Positions 39,401-48,533 of a stretch of 64,000 bases of DNA are shown here, in pieces. The notes beneath the pieces are model-generated. The model had not been told where the DNA came from. It worked only from the letters and a program-made list of their open reading frames with translations, and did not search any database. Position 1 is the stretch's first letter, and each line of letters starts with the position of its first letter. The position numbers and the translations under genes were made by a program. The stretch comes from a plasmid: the sequence record NZ_CP027239.1; one strand, 5' to 3'.

Positions 39401-41124
39401 CCCGACAAGTACTCCTCGGCCGGCAGCAACGCCCCACCGTCGGGGTCGCGGAACGCCAGATCGCCCAACGCCTGGTCGACCTCGGTCTCGTCGATGGACA
39501 GCAGCGCGGCCACCGTCGACGGCACCAGCCGACCGTGACGGGCCAGCGACACCGTCACCGCCTCCCCGGCAGTGTCGACTCGGCGAATCGGCTCCGGCTC
39601 CCTGTTGGTGCGCTGCAGCAGGATCGGCGCCGGATGTGCGGTGTGGGTGGCCTCGTCGTACTGCTCGATACCGAATACGACCTCGGCCTGCGGGTCGGCC
39701 CGGAATCCGCCCATCCGCGGTCGCCGCGCGCGGCGAGTGGGCTCGCCCGTTGCCGGGTCGACCGGGCCGTCGACCACGCTCATCCTGTTCAACGGACCGT
39801 AGGAGGCCACGTACTGCCGGTACAGGTCCAGGGCGCGGGAGCGCAGCGGGTCCAGGACGGCGTCGGGGCTATGCCGCTTGGCTTCGGTCTCGATCAGCTC
39901 CAGCACGGCATCTCGCAGCTGCACCAGCGCCTGCAGCTCCGCGTTCTTCGCGCCGCGCGCGGGCACGAGAGCGCCGTCGACGACCTGATGGGCCAGCCCG
40001 TCGATCAGGTGAAACGAGCCCTCGGGGCGGCCTTCGGCGTCGACCAGGATCTCCGCATCGCGCCAAGACGGCTTGCCGTCGCTCTCGCCCCACGCCGGCA
40101 TGCGCTGCCCCAGCGCGGCGAACGCCCGGTCCAGCATCTCCGACGGCTTGCGGGTGACCACCGCCAGCGAATTGCGGAAGTGCCCGGTCGCCCGCATCTG
40201 GCCGGCCACCAACTCCGGGTTGTCGACGAAGAATCGCGATACCCGCACCGGCTGCACGCGGGCATCACCGGCCCGCACGGGCGTGTCGATCATCGCCGAC
40301 CCGAACGCCACCTGCTGCCGGTCACCGCCCTCGTCGAACGGCTGCCGGATCTGCAAAACCAGCAGGTCGGCGACAACATCCGTGCCCTCACCGGCAAACG
40401 CCTTCGACGGCAGCCGCACAGCGCCCACGAAGCGGGCCCGATCAGCGATCGCCGCCAGACCCTCCCGGCTGTCGAGGTGGAACCGGGAGGTGATGATCGC
40501 GACCAGGCCGCCCGGCCGCACCGCCTCAACCGCGCGCTGCAGGAAATAGCCGTGAAGGCTCGGGGCCGCGCCGTGCTTCGAGTGGATCCAGCCCGTGCCG
40601 AACGGCACGTTGCCCACCACCAGATCGAAACCCCCCGTCGGCAGGGTGACGTCCTGCAGCCGCTCACCCACGATGCGGGCCCGCGGATTGGCCAACTGGG
40701 CGATCTGCGCGGCCGTGGGGTCGATCTCCACCCCGTGGTAGTCGATGTCGAGCCCGTCGGGGCAGGCCAGAGCAAAGCGGCCGTGCCCGCACCCCAGGTC
40801 CAGCACCCGCCCGCCGGTGAACCCGGCATCGGACAGCAGGCTCCAGATCCGGCCAGCGACGTCCTCGCTGGTGTAGAAGGCGTTGTCGACCTGCTCGCTA
40901 CCGCGCGCCAACGCCTCCGCCCCCAGCAGTTCCTCCAACTGCTCGCCGATCCGCGCCCATGTCGCGGTCTGCTCCCGCTCAAAGATCGGGGCCAGCGGCC
41001 CCCAGCCGGGCCATGCCGCCAGCGCGGCGTGCTGCTCGGCCGTCAGCTCGTGACGGTTGGGCTTGGCGGCGAGCACCTGAGCGGCAGCGACAGCGGCGTG
41101 GCCGAACTTCGGCGAAGAGCTCAT
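36424..41124 (-). CDS. N6-adenine DNA methyltransferase fused to SNF2/DEAD-like helicase (1566 aa)
   Basis: N-terminal MTase motif I VLDLGCGHGRF and motif IV VGNVPFG. Helicase region has DEAH box (VDEAHLYKG), conserved helicase C-terminal motifs (QREGRAVRPGN) and a large C-terminal extension. Confidence 0.75.
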   Translation of the reverse strand: MSSSPKFGHAAVAAAQVLAAKPNRHELTAEQHAALAAWPGWGPLAPIFEREQTATWARIGEQLEELLGAEALARGSEQVDNAFYTSEDVAGRIWSLLSDAGFTGGRVLDLGCGHGRFALACPDGLDIDYHGVEIDPTAAQIAQLANPRARIVGERLQDVTLPTGGFDLVVGNVPFGTGWIHSKHGAAPSLHGYFLQRAVEAVRPGGLVAIITSRFHLDSREGLAAIADRARFVGAVRLPSKAFAGEGTDVVADLLVLQIRQPFDEGGDRQQVAFGSAMIDTPVRAGDARVQPVRVSRFFVDNPELVAGQMRATGHFRNSLAVVTRKPSEMLDRAFAALGQRMPAWGESDGKPSWRDAEILVDAEGRPEGSFHLIDGLAHQVVDGALVPARGAKNAELQALVQLRDAVLELIETEAKRHSPDAVLDPLRSRALDLYRQYVASYGPLNRMSVVDGPVDPATGEPTRRARRPRMGGFRADPQAEVVFGIEQYDEATHTAHPAPILLQRTNREPEPIRRVDTAGEAVTVSLARHGRLVPSTVAALLSIDETEVDQALGDLAFRDPDGGALLPAEEYLSGNIAAKLDTARAAAQFDGSFARNVEALEEVLPPQLGPDEISVAFGAAWLAGGDIARFLEEEMGYRYARVSYTPAVAAWDVDTGYGGASAQAQTRYGTSRMTVAEIVTAGLNGGTPVVYDTVTDPETRRERRVRNASESALAADRLVELTQAFTVWLWSDPQRAERACERYNRLHNSVVPRRPNGDYLQFPSIAPGVTLWENQLRGIDHALRCEHQAAYLAHSVGAGKTRTLVGLCLKLREYGLANRPLITVPKPILAQFSREARATWPTAKFLVATEDQVAGRAKRKFVARAAAGDWDAVIVSHELFTSLAADPEVEMAYLAEEMAALQSGDEGGTRGAKALAARRRALENRMDALREARHDPDALTFADLAVDHICVDEAHLYKGLPVATRTSGLSNSTSQRALDLLIKITSLAAKYPGRSVATLSSGTPFVNSLSELFVWARICAPTLLDQAECRNFDTWAATFVQWETVIETSPDGGNLRAVTRPARIRNAPEARTMMRAFTDMLPSAELPLERPEVNRHLLVAKPSPAQIAHMRTLSERVEALRMQGFRNEPGGDNILKVCNDGRALALDPQLVGVNAPSPKLIVAADRIAEHYWANIDRRYPGSDATGTFQLVCLDLGSPHGPDGRTYGRLRDLLVDRGLPAERIRFIHEAATTQAREELFAACRVGSVSVLLGSSSKAGVGVNAQRRLSALYHVDMPWTAASLGQREGRAVRPGNLNPAVDIVTVVTEGTFDGLVSAAVRRKHQMIEQMFTNAPLDREILDISGDAVSLAEVSAAATGHPELIEQATLSAAVQKLKIARASHRAQLQAMLSQARHREDSAARADDAAQALQWVHTNLTHTQRTLTREQANEAAGSLRGRDSRRYRFGELSLQRTEYGKGRAVQVCRWGTVLAHLDLPRPVPRSASGFADALYRIVYDWSRGLPEQINRLNDSRDALRRDADQLRAVADSLTFDREQELTDAQAKLDRVTARIAVLAQDQANEQAAA

Positions 41125-41414
41125 AGAGGGCGTCCTTCCATACAGGGGCCCGCAGTAGCTCCCGCGAATCGCGACGGCAGGAGCTGGCAGGCAGGGGTGG
41201 GTCTGTGGGACGGGACTCTATGGACCACATTTCGGACTGCAGCACTGCCGAAAAACGGCACGACACCGCAAGCCGTCAGCTCGTGCCGGAGCGCGAAAAC
41301 GCCTCGTCAGGGCGGGGAAGGCGCCTGTGCGGCAGGCTTGCGAGCGCTGTCCGCCCGACCGGAGCGCGGCTCTGACCTCTCGCCGACCGCACACCGGCAC
41401 GAGCCGCCCCTACC

Positions 41415-41975
41415 GTGACCGGCATGAGCGCACACATTGCAGACGAGGACGCCGTCACGATCACCGTCAACCTGCCCCTGCCGGTTGATGTCGCGGCGAC
41501 CCTGACCCGCGCGATCGGCGCCATCTGGCCGAACACCACCATGGACATGAGCAGCTACTCCAGCCGCATGACCTACCGGGTCACAGCTGCCGACCGCCTG
41601 GCTGACGACCTCGATCTCGAGCAGGTCCGCCAGGCGCGGATCGCGATGCGAGAAGAACTCGAAGGCATCATCACCCGAATCGGTGCTGGCGAGGTTGGCG
41701 GCATCCCCGCAGAGGAGTACCTCGTCTACGTGGCCGCGCTGGCCGAGGCTTTCCTCGACGAGCACGGCGCCGCGAACTACGTCGAGCAGATCCTGTCCAC
41801 CCCAGATGGCCGGCGGCTCACCGTCACCACCCATGGGGCACACGGGCAGACTCCAGTCGAGCACCGCAACGATGCGCGCGCGGAAGCCGCGCGGATGCAC
41901 CGCTTGGAGGCGCGACTGAGGGCCCGCATCGACGACCTGAAGCGCGAACTCGCGGTCGCGAACGGCAGCGCCTGA
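41415..41975 (+). CDS. hypothetical protein
   Basis: Clean ORF; C-terminal Arg/Ala helical region. Confidence 0.4.
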   Translation: MTGMSAHIADEDAVTITVNLPLPVDVAATLTRAIGAIWPNTTMDMSSYSSRMTYRVTAADRLADDLDLEQVRQARIAMREELEGIITRIGAGEVGGIPAEEYLVYVAALAEAFLDEHGAANYVEQILSTPDGRRLTVTTHGAHGQTPVEHRNDARAEAARMHRLEARLRARIDDLKRELAVANGSA

Positions 41976-42084
41976 ACCGGGCTAGCAGGCTCGTCACCGG
42001 CGGCGGTTCGACGCTGCTGCACCCCGCATCCGCACAGCGAGGATGGGGAACACCGCAAGACGAACCCAACCCCGGGAGGCTCCG

Positions 42085-42309
42085 ATGCCCTACACACACG
42101 ACGACGTCAGCACCGCCGCCAACGGCGCAGCGAGCATGCTCGACGGTCTCGGCTTGGACCCCGACACCGCGACGCTGATCGACTTCGTCGTCAACGCCAC
42201 CCTGACGCTGCTCGAGAACGGGGACGCGGGTATCGAGGACGTCCTCGAGGAAAACTGGGACGACAGCGAGGACCGCGACACCATTCGCACCATCGTCACC
42301 GGCAACTGA
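42085..42309 (+). CDS. hypothetical acidic protein (74 aa)
   Basis: ATG after GGGAGG RBS. Confidence 0.35.
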   Translation: MPYTHDDVSTAANGAASMLDGLGLDPDTATLIDFVVNATLTLLENGDAGIEDVLEENWDDSEDRDTIRTIVTGN

Positions 42310-42549
42310 GAGAGGCATCCTCAGGGGAGGGGCCACAGCCACTCCGCCGCGCCAACCCAAGGGGTACAGGCGCACAGCCTGGGGCTGATGTGGCTGCAAT
42401 TAACTTCTGAGGCTACGGCGGTAACACCCCCAGCGGGCCAAGCGATTCCGGCCTAGCGACTAGGAAAAAGTCAGCGCAACGCAACGGCATGACCGTGACT
42501 TACCCTGATCGCAGCACGACCCATCGGAATCACTGCAAGGAGCACCTTC

Positions 42550-42942
42550 ATGGACCCCATCACGCTTGCCATCATCGCGGGCCTGCTCAATGTAGGCCCA
42601 GCCGTGGGCGGCTCCGTGGCCGCCGCCGGACCGGCAGCCGCCGCCATCGCCCCCGCCGCCGCCTCCATCGCCCCCGCCGCCGCTGGCGCGGCTGCCACTG
42701 CGCCCATCTGGGTCCCAGCCGCCGGTACCGGTGCCGCTGTGGCCGCAGGCGCTGGCAGCCTGGGCGCGGGATCCGCAGTCGCCAGCAACCCGGTGGCCGC
42801 CCAGGGCGCCGAGGCATGGTTCAACGACATCAACAACCAGGCCGTCATCGGCTCGGTCGAGGCCAACAACTTCGTCGCCGACGGCCTCAACCCGCACCTG
42901 CCGCCGGAGCATCAGATTCCGAAGCGCACCATCGGGTACTGA
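42550..42942 (+). CDS. Ala/Gly-rich protein
   Basis: N-terminal hydrophobic segment followed by a low-complexity Ala/Gly/Pro region. Confidence 0.4.
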   Translation: MDPITLAIIAGLLNVGPAVGGSVAAAGPAAAAIAPAAASIAPAAAGAAATAPIWVPAAGTGAAVAAGAGSLGAGSAVASNPVAAQGAEAWFNDINNQAVIGSVEANNFVADGLNPHLPPEHQIPKRTIGY

Positions 42943-43150
42943 CCCCGGCACGAACACAGCAGTCGATGCGTAACGACCAGGGCTGGCCATCACACGGCCA
43001 GCCCTGGTCAGCATTTAACGACCCGCCAGCATCGCCATTGCTCCCGATGCAGCCCCGGCTCGACACGACGCGCCGGTAACATCCCCACCGCTGGACACAC
43101 TGGCTGTCCGCCACCCACGGCAGGCGAGCCCTCACGATCGGAGACAAACT

Positions 43151-43327
43151 ATGGGCGCACTCGGCGCAATACTCACCTCGGTAGCCGCAGCCATGGGCTC
43201 CGTTGCTGTCGGCGTCGGCGGCTGGAGCCTAGTCGCGACGGCAGTCAACAACGACGGCATCTGGCACGGCCTACCGATCGAACTCCAAACCGCGATCCGC
43301 GACGCGGGTCTGGCCCCGGGCCGCTAA
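43151..43327 (+). CDS. small hydrophobic peptide (58 aa)
   Basis: Below the track cutoff; ATG after GGAGA RBS; Gly/Ala-rich predicted TM segment. Confidence 0.3.
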   Translation: MGALGAILTSVAAAMGSVAVGVGGWSLVATAVNNDGIWHGLPIELQTAIRDAGLAPGR

Positions 43328-43444
43328 CCCCATGCGCAGCTCCGGCCGCCCCTGTCCACCCGACCAGGTGGACTGGGGCGGCCGGCCTCATTTCCGCCAG
43401 AGCCCCATCTCCGAACCGCGAACCGCCCACCCGGAGGTCCACGA

Positions 43445-43702
43445 ATGAAGCCGCTCGACGTGATCGCAGACATTGTCAGCGGCCCGTCCCTGCAAGGTGC
43501 TGCCTGTGTCGGCAAAGCCCCCCTGTTCGACGCTCGAGCCGACGGTGAACCCCGGGCCTCGTACCTGCGTCGCTACCGGCAAGCCGCCAGCATTTGCCGA
43601 ACCTGCCCTGTCCTTGAACGGTGCGATCAGGCGGCTAACGACGCCCCTGCCGGCCAATGCACCGGCATCTGGGCCGAACGCCGCTTCGGTCGCGGCGCGT
43701 AA
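43445..43702 (+). CDS. WhiB-like (Wbl) iron-sulfur transcription factor
   Basis: Four Cys (C-x27-C-x2-C-x5-C), the first in AACVG and the rest in CRTCPVLERC, plus a GIWAE turn motif. Confidence 0.7.
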   Translation: MKPLDVIADIVSGPSLQGAACVGKAPLFDARADGEPRASYLRRYRQAASICRTCPVLERCDQAANDAPAGQCTGIWAERRFGRGA

Positions 43703-43758
43703 CGGAAGTCGGGCTCGCGCCACCACGCCGACCAGGACGGGTGGCACGATCCTGTCGC

Positions 43759-46284
43759 ATGACCGCATTGATGATCGACGGTGCCGGCAGCCTCGACCGC
43801 GACGACGCGGTGACGGTGACGGAGCGCGGAGACGGCTGGGATGCAACCGTGTACGTGGCCGCCGTCGCCGATGTCGTCCCCCTCGGGTCGCCAGCAGATC
43901 GGTCAGCCTTGGCCCGGGTGCACACCCGCTACCGGCGCAGCGGAGTGAAACCCATGCTCGGACGAGAACTCGAGGACGCAGCCACACTGTCGTCCACCCA
44001 GCCGCGGCCCGTGGTGGCCATCGGCATGCGGTTCACCAACGACGGCAGCCTGACCGCGTCGTCCATCTCCCGCGACCTGCTGCCCGCCGGCGCCGCAATC
44101 GCCTACACGCACCAGCAGGTGGGGGCCGCCCTCTCCCCGAACTCAACCGATCCGCAGCGTGCCCAACTCAGTGCCGCGTACCGGCTGGCCAGGACGCTAA
44201 TAGCCGCCCGGCGGGCGGCCGGGGCATTCGCAGTCTTCGACGCAGCTCGCGGCATGGTCACCAGCGAAGAAGGCCAGCTGGTGGCCATGCAGTCCGGTCA
44301 GACTCCGGCCGCCTACCTGATCGTCCAAGAGCTGATGGTGGCCGCGAACGCGACGCTCGCACGGTGGGCCATCGAACTGGAACTGCCGATCCTGTTCCGC
44401 AATCACGTCCGATCGGCCGTCGCCCCGCCCGCGGACGCCCTGCTCGCCGACGTCGCCGCTGAACTGTCCGCCTCACCGGTGATGACGCCAGACGCCCTGC
44501 AGGCCCTCACCGCCCGGGTCAATCAGACGCTTCGCCCGGCGACGTACCAACCGGTGGCCATCGGTCACTTCGGCCTGCAGATTCCCGCCTACGCTCACGC
44601 CACATCCCCGCTGCGCCGCTACGCCGACCTCGTCACCCAGCGTCAGGTCCTGGCCCAGCTCGACGGTCTGGAGCCGCCGTACGCCCCGTCAGTGCTCGAC
44701 GACATCGCCGAGGCCATCAACAGCACCCTGCGCGACCGGGCCCAGCAGATTTCAGCGACGGCGTCGGCAACACGCCGCAAGCAAGCGGCCACCACCATCG
44801 CCTCCGGCGACTACACGCACACGCACGGCCGCGACTGGCTGCGCGTACTGAGGATCGCCGCCGACACAGCCCTGCCTCCCTCGCTCGCGACAGAGGTGCG
44901 CCGGCGGGCCGACGCCGGCGAACTGGACGGCGGGCAGCTGGCCGTGATGATGCGGGCGACCGGGCATGGGTGGCCGGGACTGCTCGAGCAGGTGATCGCC
45001 GCCGCGCGCCGGGTCACACCGCATGCCGCAGCCTCGACGATTTCCGCCTGGCACCAAGCCGAGGACGACGACCGGCCCGCGCCGCAGGCCGAGTACCGGC
45101 AGGACGGGCCGCCGCACGACCCAACCTTCACTGCACGGGTGACGTTCGCTGGGGTCGCCTCCTCGTGGACGTCCGCGGCGTCGAAGAAACTGGCAGAGAG
45201 GGAGGCCCTGTGGGAGATCGTTGAAGTGCTGGCCGGCGTGAGGGACGCCCCGACGCCGGCAGACCCGCCCCAGGTGGGCGACACCGGCCTCGCCCGGCAG
45301 CCGGCAGACCAGGCAACCCCAGAGGGGGCGCCGGTGGAGCTGGAGACACTGTCCGGCAAGGGCTGGCTTCGGGCCGCGCGGGCCTTGATCTCCGACCCGG
45401 CCGGCCGAGAAGACGAGCTGGCCCGCGAGCTGCGGCGCCGCGCCGACGACGGCACCCTGGAGCCCCCAGTGGTGGCAGCCCTGCTGGCAGACGACTCAGG
45501 CAGGTGGTGGCCGCTGCTGGGGGAGCTGGTGGCCACGATGCGCACCACGGCACCGCACGCCGCCAATTCGACCCTGTCGGCGTGGCAGCAACTACGCGGC
45601 GCCCCGGTTGGCTCCCCAGATCTGGAGGTGCGCCAGTTCGGCACGCCGCATGCCCCGTTGTTCGCCATCCGCGCCCGACTCCAGCAGTGGTTGACCTCGT
45701 GGCAGTGCGGCCACGCCAAGAAGGCGGCGGCGACTCAGCAGGCGCTATGGGACCTCGTGGACGTGATCGCAGGCAACGCCCCTCCCGGGGCCGTCGACGA
45801 CGCACCGACTGCCCCCGAGCTCGAGGCCGCCGCCGACAGGGAAAACGGCAAGACGATCGCCCTGGCCCACCTCAAGAGGGGGACCGGACGGGCAGCAGTT
45901 CCGCCTCACGCCGAAGGGCCGCTGATGTCATCGCCCGCCGAGGTCACAGCCAGCGCCCCGCCGCTGGCCCACACCGAGGTGCCCGCCCAGGTGCGCGAAC
46001 ACGCTGCCCTGGTAGCGGCCCTGGGAGGCACACCCACCGAAAGGGCCAAGAAGTACCGCAATGCCGTGAAATCGCCGACCGCCTGGATCAACAACCTGGC
46101 AGCAGTCCTGCACAGCGACGCCCCGGAGGTGGACACCACCAGCATCGAGGGCGGCTACACAGCCACGATCACGATCAACACCCCGGTAGGGGCAGTCGTC
46201 GGCAGTGGGGCCGGCACCAACCAGAAGACCGCCCGCGCAGTCGCTTCGCTGGGGATCGTGCTCCACCTGTTCTCCCTGACCTAA
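43759..46284 (+). CDS. RNB-domain (RNase II/R-like) exoribonuclease with C-terminal tandem dsRNA-binding domains
   Basis: RNB motif I IDGAGSLDRDDAV and HFGLQIPAYAHATSPLRRYADLVTQRQ. Two clear dsRBD signatures, GPPHDPTF...SKKLAEREALWEIVEVL and GTPHAPLF...GHAKKAAATQQALWDLVDVI, plus a weaker third. Start at ATG 43759, not the track start 43657, which overlaps the whiB-like gene. Confidence 0.7.
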   Translation: MTALMIDGAGSLDRDDAVTVTERGDGWDATVYVAAVADVVPLGSPADRSALARVHTRYRRSGVKPMLGRELEDAATLSSTQPRPVVAIGMRFTNDGSLTASSISRDLLPAGAAIAYTHQQVGAALSPNSTDPQRAQLSAAYRLARTLIAARRAAGAFAVFDAARGMVTSEEGQLVAMQSGQTPAAYLIVQELMVAANATLARWAIELELPILFRNHVRSAVAPPADALLADVAAELSASPVMTPDALQALTARVNQTLRPATYQPVAIGHFGLQIPAYAHATSPLRRYADLVTQRQVLAQLDGLEPPYAPSVLDDIAEAINSTLRDRAQQISATASATRRKQAATTIASGDYTHTHGRDWLRVLRIAADTALPPSLATEVRRRADAGELDGGQLAVMMRATGHGWPGLLEQVIAAARRVTPHAAASTISAWHQAEDDDRPAPQAEYRQDGPPHDPTFTARVTFAGVASSWTSAASKKLAEREALWEIVEVLAGVRDAPTPADPPQVGDTGLARQPADQATPEGAPVELETLSGKGWLRAARALISDPAGREDELARELRRRADDGTLEPPVVAALLADDSGRWWPLLGELVATMRTTAPHAANSTLSAWQQLRGAPVGSPDLEVRQFGTPHAPLFAIRARLQQWLTSWQCGHAKKAAATQQALWDLVDVIAGNAPPGAVDDAPTAPELEAAADRENGKTIALAHLKRGTGRAAVPPHAEGPLMSSPAEVTASAPPLAHTEVPAQVREHAALVAALGGTPTERAKKYRNAVKSPTAWINNLAAVLHSDAPEVDTTSIEGGYTATITINTPVGAVVGSGAGTNQKTARAVASLGIVLHLFSLT

Positions 46285-46421
46285 AAGCCAAGCCCGCAGC
46301 CGCGGCCGAGCTGTCCGGCGTCGGCCGCTCCACGGGCCACGGCATCACGGCCGCGAGACCACAATTCAAGAACGCAGGGAGATCCTGACGGCGCTACCCA
46401 CCCCGCCCTCAGGAGGTCACA

Positions 46422-46763
46422 GTGACCCTCACCGACCCCATCCGCCCGCCGGCGCCAGCCCGCGACGTCGAGCGCATCGTCTGCCCCACCTACGCCGACG
46501 TCGTGCATCTCATGCGCAGCTACCGGCACCATCAACTGGTCACTGCTGGCGCCCTCGCTGATCGAGACCAGGCCCAGCACCTCATCGGCAAGAGGCTCGC
46601 CAATGCCGGCCGCCCACTCGCCGGCACAGTCGTGGTCACCTCACACCAGCAGCGACTGCTGGCCTTCCACGGAGACATCAGCGCCGTCGACGGGCTGGCG
46701 ATTGAGTTCACCAACGGTGGCCAACTGCCCATGAATAGGCTGGTCGCGGTCGGTATCTGCTGA
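46422..46763 (+). CDS. small hypothetical protein, paralog family C copy 2
   Basis: C-terminus FHGDISAVDGLAIEFTNGGQLPMNRLVAVGI matches the family C motif. Confidence 0.5.
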   Translation: MTLTDPIRPPAPARDVERIVCPTYADVVHLMRSYRHHQLVTAGALADRDQAQHLIGKRLANAGRPLAGTVVVTSHQQRLLAFHGDISAVDGLAIEFTNGGQLPMNRLVAVGIC

Positions 46764-46835
46764 ACTGCTGCAGTCCCGCACGGCGGGTGGATCGTAGGGG
46801 CATCAGAAACAAGCCCACCCCCCAGGGAGCACGCC

Positions 46836-47195
46836 ATGGACACGATCGCCTTCGCCGCCCTCGCAGGAATCGTCGCTGACATCGACCCCACCGCGGTCGT
46901 GCAGACCTGCCCGCAGCGATCCGAGACCGCCGCCCACGACCTGGCCGACCAGATGCCGCACTCGATGCACATCGCACTCGACGCCCAGGACCGCCGGGCC
47001 ACGCTTCCCGCCAAGATCACCGACCGCATCGGCGCGAACTGGGGACGTGTGCCCGCCGTGGTCATCGCCCGAAGCCCGCGCGGCGACTTCTACGCCTTCA
47101 TCGGCGACATCGTCGGGGTCGACACCTTCACCCTGCAGTTCGCCAATGACCTCCGCGTCCCCCTCGGCCGCGTCGTCGCCGTCGGCCTGGACTGA
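46836..47195 (+). CDS. small hypothetical protein, paralog family C copy 3
   Basis: C-terminus FIGDIVGVDTFTLQFANDLRVPLGRVVAVGL. Confidence 0.5.
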   Translation: MDTIAFAALAGIVADIDPTAVVQTCPQRSETAAHDLADQMPHSMHIALDAQDRRATLPAKITDRIGANWGRVPAVVIARSPRGDFYAFIGDIVGVDTFTLQFANDLRVPLGRVVAVGLD

Positions 47196-47503
47196 TCGCA
47201 CCCCGAGCCAGCACCCGAAGGGGGCGGTGGCCCGCAGTTCCCCCGCCCCAGTCGGGTACCAACCTCCAGCGGGGCCCTGTGCCCAGTGGGGCAATGGGGC
47301 CGGTTGGGTACAAATGACCCAATGGGGCCAACCTGCCGACGCTAGAGACAAGTCGCTGATGTTCTGGAGCCGTAGACGGGGCATGCCGGGACTGTTGGCC
47401 CAACCCACTGGGCAGGAACTAGCCTGGAAAGCGCTTGACAGTACTGCTCTCCTACAGGTCAGTTAGGCACCTTTCGAGATCGAGCTGCCGCTCGATCTCG
47501 ACA

Positions 47504-47545
47504 ATCCCGGCCCTCCGGCAAGAGGGCCGGGATTGACTATTTTGC
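47504..47545. terminator. bidirectional rho-independent terminator
   Basis: Perfect 12-bp stem ATCCCGGCCCTC/GAGGGCCGGGAT with 7-nt loop followed by TGACTATTTTG; preceded by a second hairpin TCGAGATCGAGC/GCTCGATCTCGA at 47474-47501. Confidence 0.6.
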
Positions 47546-47600
47546 TGCTGCGCCTGCGGGGCGCGCAGAGGTGACGAGCTGCGCCAGAACCGCGTCTCGG

Positions 47601-48533
47601 TCAGGCCTTCGAGTCAGCGAGCTCGACCAGCATCCGATGCGCCACCACCGGATCCCGCGTCGACCTCCACAGAGACCAGCTACTCCCCGACGGAATCAAA
47701 GCCTCGTCCAGGAACACATCCGGAGCGTGGGCGTGGCTGTCCTGCCACTCCTGAATCCGGTCCCTCAGCAGCCGGTAACGACCCACTCGGCGCCCCACAG
47801 CGGCGCCCAGCATCAACAGCAGTCCAGTGGCGCCGGAAAGGATGGCGCACGCCAACGTCGCCAGCGAAATCTGAGGGGCGTGCGCGCTGTACCAAGGCCA
47901 TACATTGAAGTACTCGACCGTGAGGTTGACGACCTTGTGCGCCACATACGCAGACCCGAACAGGCCTGAGGCAGACACCGAGGCCACCGCAATGCGGGGG
48001 ACGCCCGGCCGGAACACCGCGGCAGCTCGCCCAGCGAGCCCCGCGACCGTCGCCGATGAGGACCCCAGGCACAACAGGTAGATCAGCCAGTAAATGGCGA
48101 ACCATCCGGTCATGTCGAAGTCCTGGCTCATGAACGCCGTCGGGGCGTGCGGCACGGGCGACAGGGCGAACGTCACGGCCATGCCCACCACAACGGCACC
48201 GATTGAGCCGACCAGCAGGAGCTTCCGAAATGGGCGTCCGAAGATTCCGGCCACGGCATGCACCAGGAAGATCGCCCCGACCGCGCCGAGCGTCATCCCG
48301 GAGTAGTCAGTCACGTTCCATACCCCTGACCAGGAGTGGAACCAGCCGTCGATCCACTCGTCGGACACCACCGGAGTGCGAGCCAGCTTCCCCAGGCCGA
48401 AACAGAGCAGCGAAGCCGACAGGTGGTGGGCGTACGGGCCCGCTGTCCGCATGGTCATCAACCGGTGCAGCGCCAGGAACACCGCGAGAAGGCAGATGAT
48501 GGTGACGACAGCCGTCCCGATCATGACTTCCAC
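47601..48533 (-). CDS. polytopic membrane protein
   Basis: About seven hydrophobic helices; stop overlaps the ImmA-like gene. Confidence 0.55.
   Translation of the reverse strand: MEVMIGTAVVTIICLLAVFLALHRLMTMRTAGPYAHHLSASLLCFGLGKLARTPVVSDEWIDGWFHSWSGVWNVTDYSGMTLGAVGAIFLVHAVAGIFGRPFRKLLLVGSIGAVVVGMAVTFALSPVPHAPTAFMSQDFDMTGWFAIYWLIYLLCLGSSSATVAGLAGRAAAVFRPGVPRIAVASVSASGLFGSAYVAHKVVNLTVEYFNVWPWYSAHAPQISLATLACAILSGATGLLLMLGAAVGRRVGRYRLLRDRIQEWQDSHAHAPDVFLDEALIPSGSSWSLWRSTRDPVVAHRMLVELADSKA

Noticed and set aside
36322-41418. Two long + strand ORFs (805 aa and 892 aa)
   Set aside because: Antisense to the 1566-aa methyltransferase-helicase gene, which has clear catalytic motifs. The + strand translations are Gly/Arg/Val/Leu low-complexity.
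43657-43758. Upstream extension of the RNB gene from track start 43657
   Set aside because: Overlaps the 3' end of the whiB-like gene in another frame and encodes an Arg-rich leader. ATG 43759 gives a start just before RNB motif I.
44811-45805. 302-aa and 225-aa minus-strand ORFs
   Set aside because: Antisense to the RNB-dsRBD gene; Ser/Ala/Arg/Pro-rich artefacts.
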